Assembly (NCBI GenBank): GCA_964016885.1
Contig: CAXHJY010000455.1
Coordinates: 1-64,000, forward strand
From: Eledone cirrhosa
Taxonomy: Eukaryota
Length of the DNA stretch: 64,000 nt
Direction: 5' to 3'
Below the pieces are notes generated by a model. The model was not told where the DNA came from. It was given only the letters and a program-made list of their open reading frames with translations, and made no database searches. This document shows positions 61,915 through 64,000 of the stretch, in pieces. Numbering within the stretch: position 1 is the stretch's first letter; each line of letters starts with the position of its first letter. The position numbers and the translations under genes were made by a program.

Positions 61915-62192
61915 TTGGCACACAAATGTCTCTACAGATTTTTTAGGCAAAACCAGCCGACGCGAAACCCAGGGGCAGAACGCGAGTAAGATGGTTGCAT
62001 AATCTGACTTGGGGAACCAGCTGGATGTATTGGAAATGGGTAATGATTACAGATACCACTGGAAGGTGTGTATCAGGGGTCTACTGCCACGACCCTTCCC
62101 GGAATAGTTAGAAGAAGAAGAAGAAGAAGAAGAAGAAGAAGAAGAAGAAGAAGAAGAAGAAGAAGAAGAAGAAGAAGAAGAAGAAGAAGAAG
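61915..62192 (+). mobile_element. RTE-clade LINE 3' end with (GAA)n tail
   Basis: KPRGRTRVRW...HWKVCIRGLLPRP, then (GAA)n at 62110-62192. Confidence 0.65.
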
Positions 62193-63679
62193 ACAATCCT
62201 TTAGACAATCCTTCAAACAACCGACACTTACCATAAGATATGTGAGTAAAATCGTATAATCCATATCATGATATTAAATACATGTTTGAAGATGCACGTA
62301 TCAATTCTATCAGATATTTTGCACGAAATTATTATAAAAAAACTGATAAATTGCTTGGATTTTGACATCAAAGTAAATACGGTGTGGAACATGAAGTAGA
62401 AATGAATTAGAATACTACGCATGATAAACGCAAACAAAACAAATAGATGCAATATAAAAAAACACAACTCTGTAAGAAAACAAAACGGATTTAGTACATT
62501 AACCATATGACACCACACGAAATAAACCACACTCCACATACATGAGGAACATAGAAGTGCAGGTTTGGTGCAAGATAATTTTGAATAAGTTCCCTTATAA
62601 CATGTAACTTTCTATTCTTTCATAATGGAATATATCTTATTGGCTTGGGTTTTAGAATTATCAAATTGTTTCTCAATGTGTTTGTTCTATTAACCAATCT
62701 GTATTGCTTTAAAAATATTACATCTGCTGCGGTTTAGTTACCTCTTGTATAAGTCGCCGTAGTTGTTACCCATCATATCACACCTTGACATGGGATAAAC
62801 AAGTTTGTGTGGAAGCGTCCCTGTAATAGCAGTCGTGCGTTCGTCCTTTACCAAAAACATCCCACAGAATGCACCACGCTCGTAGCTAGTTTATATATAT
62901 AATATATAAGCCCAAACCCCCAGCAATTCTTCGTTTAATTTATAATCTGAGAACTCAGAAAATCATGATATTTGCTGAGAAAATAAAAAACATGCACTAT
63001 GTTCGAGGTTTCTTCTGAATACAACATCCGGAGACTTTAAACATCTTCGGCCATATATTTTCCATATTCACTTGTTGAACTTTACGTAAGCAATACCGTC
63101 GTAATTACTAGCTATCTCACTTGATAACCTTATAAACGAAAGTTTAATTTTCTCTCTGCTACTAAACGGATTTTGTTTTTCATACGAAAGTCAGTTAATT
63201 AGAAACTTACCCGACATGTAAAATGAAAAAAAAATGGTTTACTGACATGTAAATGCGGCATACAAAATCCTGGAAATTTCATGTTATTTACGAGGCAGAT
63301 TTTACCAACAACAAAACATATGCATTGAAGAAAACAAATGAGAAAAAGTGCATTGAAAAAAAAAGAATACAAAAGAAAAAGATTAGATAAATAGGTGATA
63401 AGAGAGGTAAAATGAGAGAAGCAGGAATACGGAAAGAGAAAGTAATAGAAGAATAAAGGAATATAAAAACGAACAAGAAAATTAAATGGAGACAGAATAA
63501 CATGAATAATGTTAAAACAATGTGTAAACGTAGCATACACATGAAGCATGTGGAGCTTGATCAGATTTCAAATACACTGAAAACGGAACAGTAAAAACAA
63601 ATGATGCATACGACATCATACATCGCGCTCAAAACAAATAGTAAGAGGTAAAACAACTGCAATAATTACAATGATAATT

Positions 63680-63830
63680 GTTTCTATTTTAGGCGCTAGG
63701 TTATCAATGTTTACAGGAGGAAAAAGTCATATATATTGACTCCAGTAGATGACATACTTCATTGTACCGATCTCGCGTATATGAAATGCAAGTTGGCCAC
63801 GGAAATATTTGAACTTAGAATATAAACATT
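63680..63830 (-). mobile_element. decayed Meta-like SINE
   Basis: Degenerate match to 22967-23138. Confidence 0.45.
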
Positions 63831-64000
63831 GAAATTTAAACATATTCATGCATTCATTTCTAGACTTTAAAAATACTACAAATAAAATAACATTTCGGCC
63901 AAATCAGCCATATATTTAAGAATTTTATTTCTATCATAATCTCTAAATTGCCACAGGTTGTACGGTTTCTGCTTGTGGAAAGCAGACTTACATTCCAAGA

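Noticed and set aside
62068-62264. Poly-Arg and poly-Leu ORFs
   Set aside because: (GAA)n tail of an RTE fragment

Overview
AT-rich eukaryotic (metazoan) repeat-dense DNA with no convincing intact host gene. The SINE families resemble those of octopod cephalopods (inference). Two clusters of kilobase (TA)n-derived arrays (about 1-21.7 kb and 43.7-56.9 kb) are packed with retroelements whose ends abut the TA repeats. These are: Penelope-like elements (PLEs, RT plus GIY-YIG) of at least two families; a near-intact two-ORF CR1/L2-group LINE whose ORF1 has a Myb/SANT-like domain, polyQ and two CCCH fingers; RTE LINE 3' ends; and short non-coding islands. About a dozen type-I hammerhead ribozyme (HHR) motifs, from near-perfect to decayed, can be folded by eye, nearly all within about 300 nt upstream of an element/TA junction. 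Several insertions are bipolar, with 3' ends pointing outward into TA on both sides. The middle of the window holds decayed L1/Tx1, RTE and R4-type LINEs, tRNA-derived SINEs and Helitron-like elements. The many (YI)n ORFs are microsatellite artefacts. All alignments and folds were done by eye.
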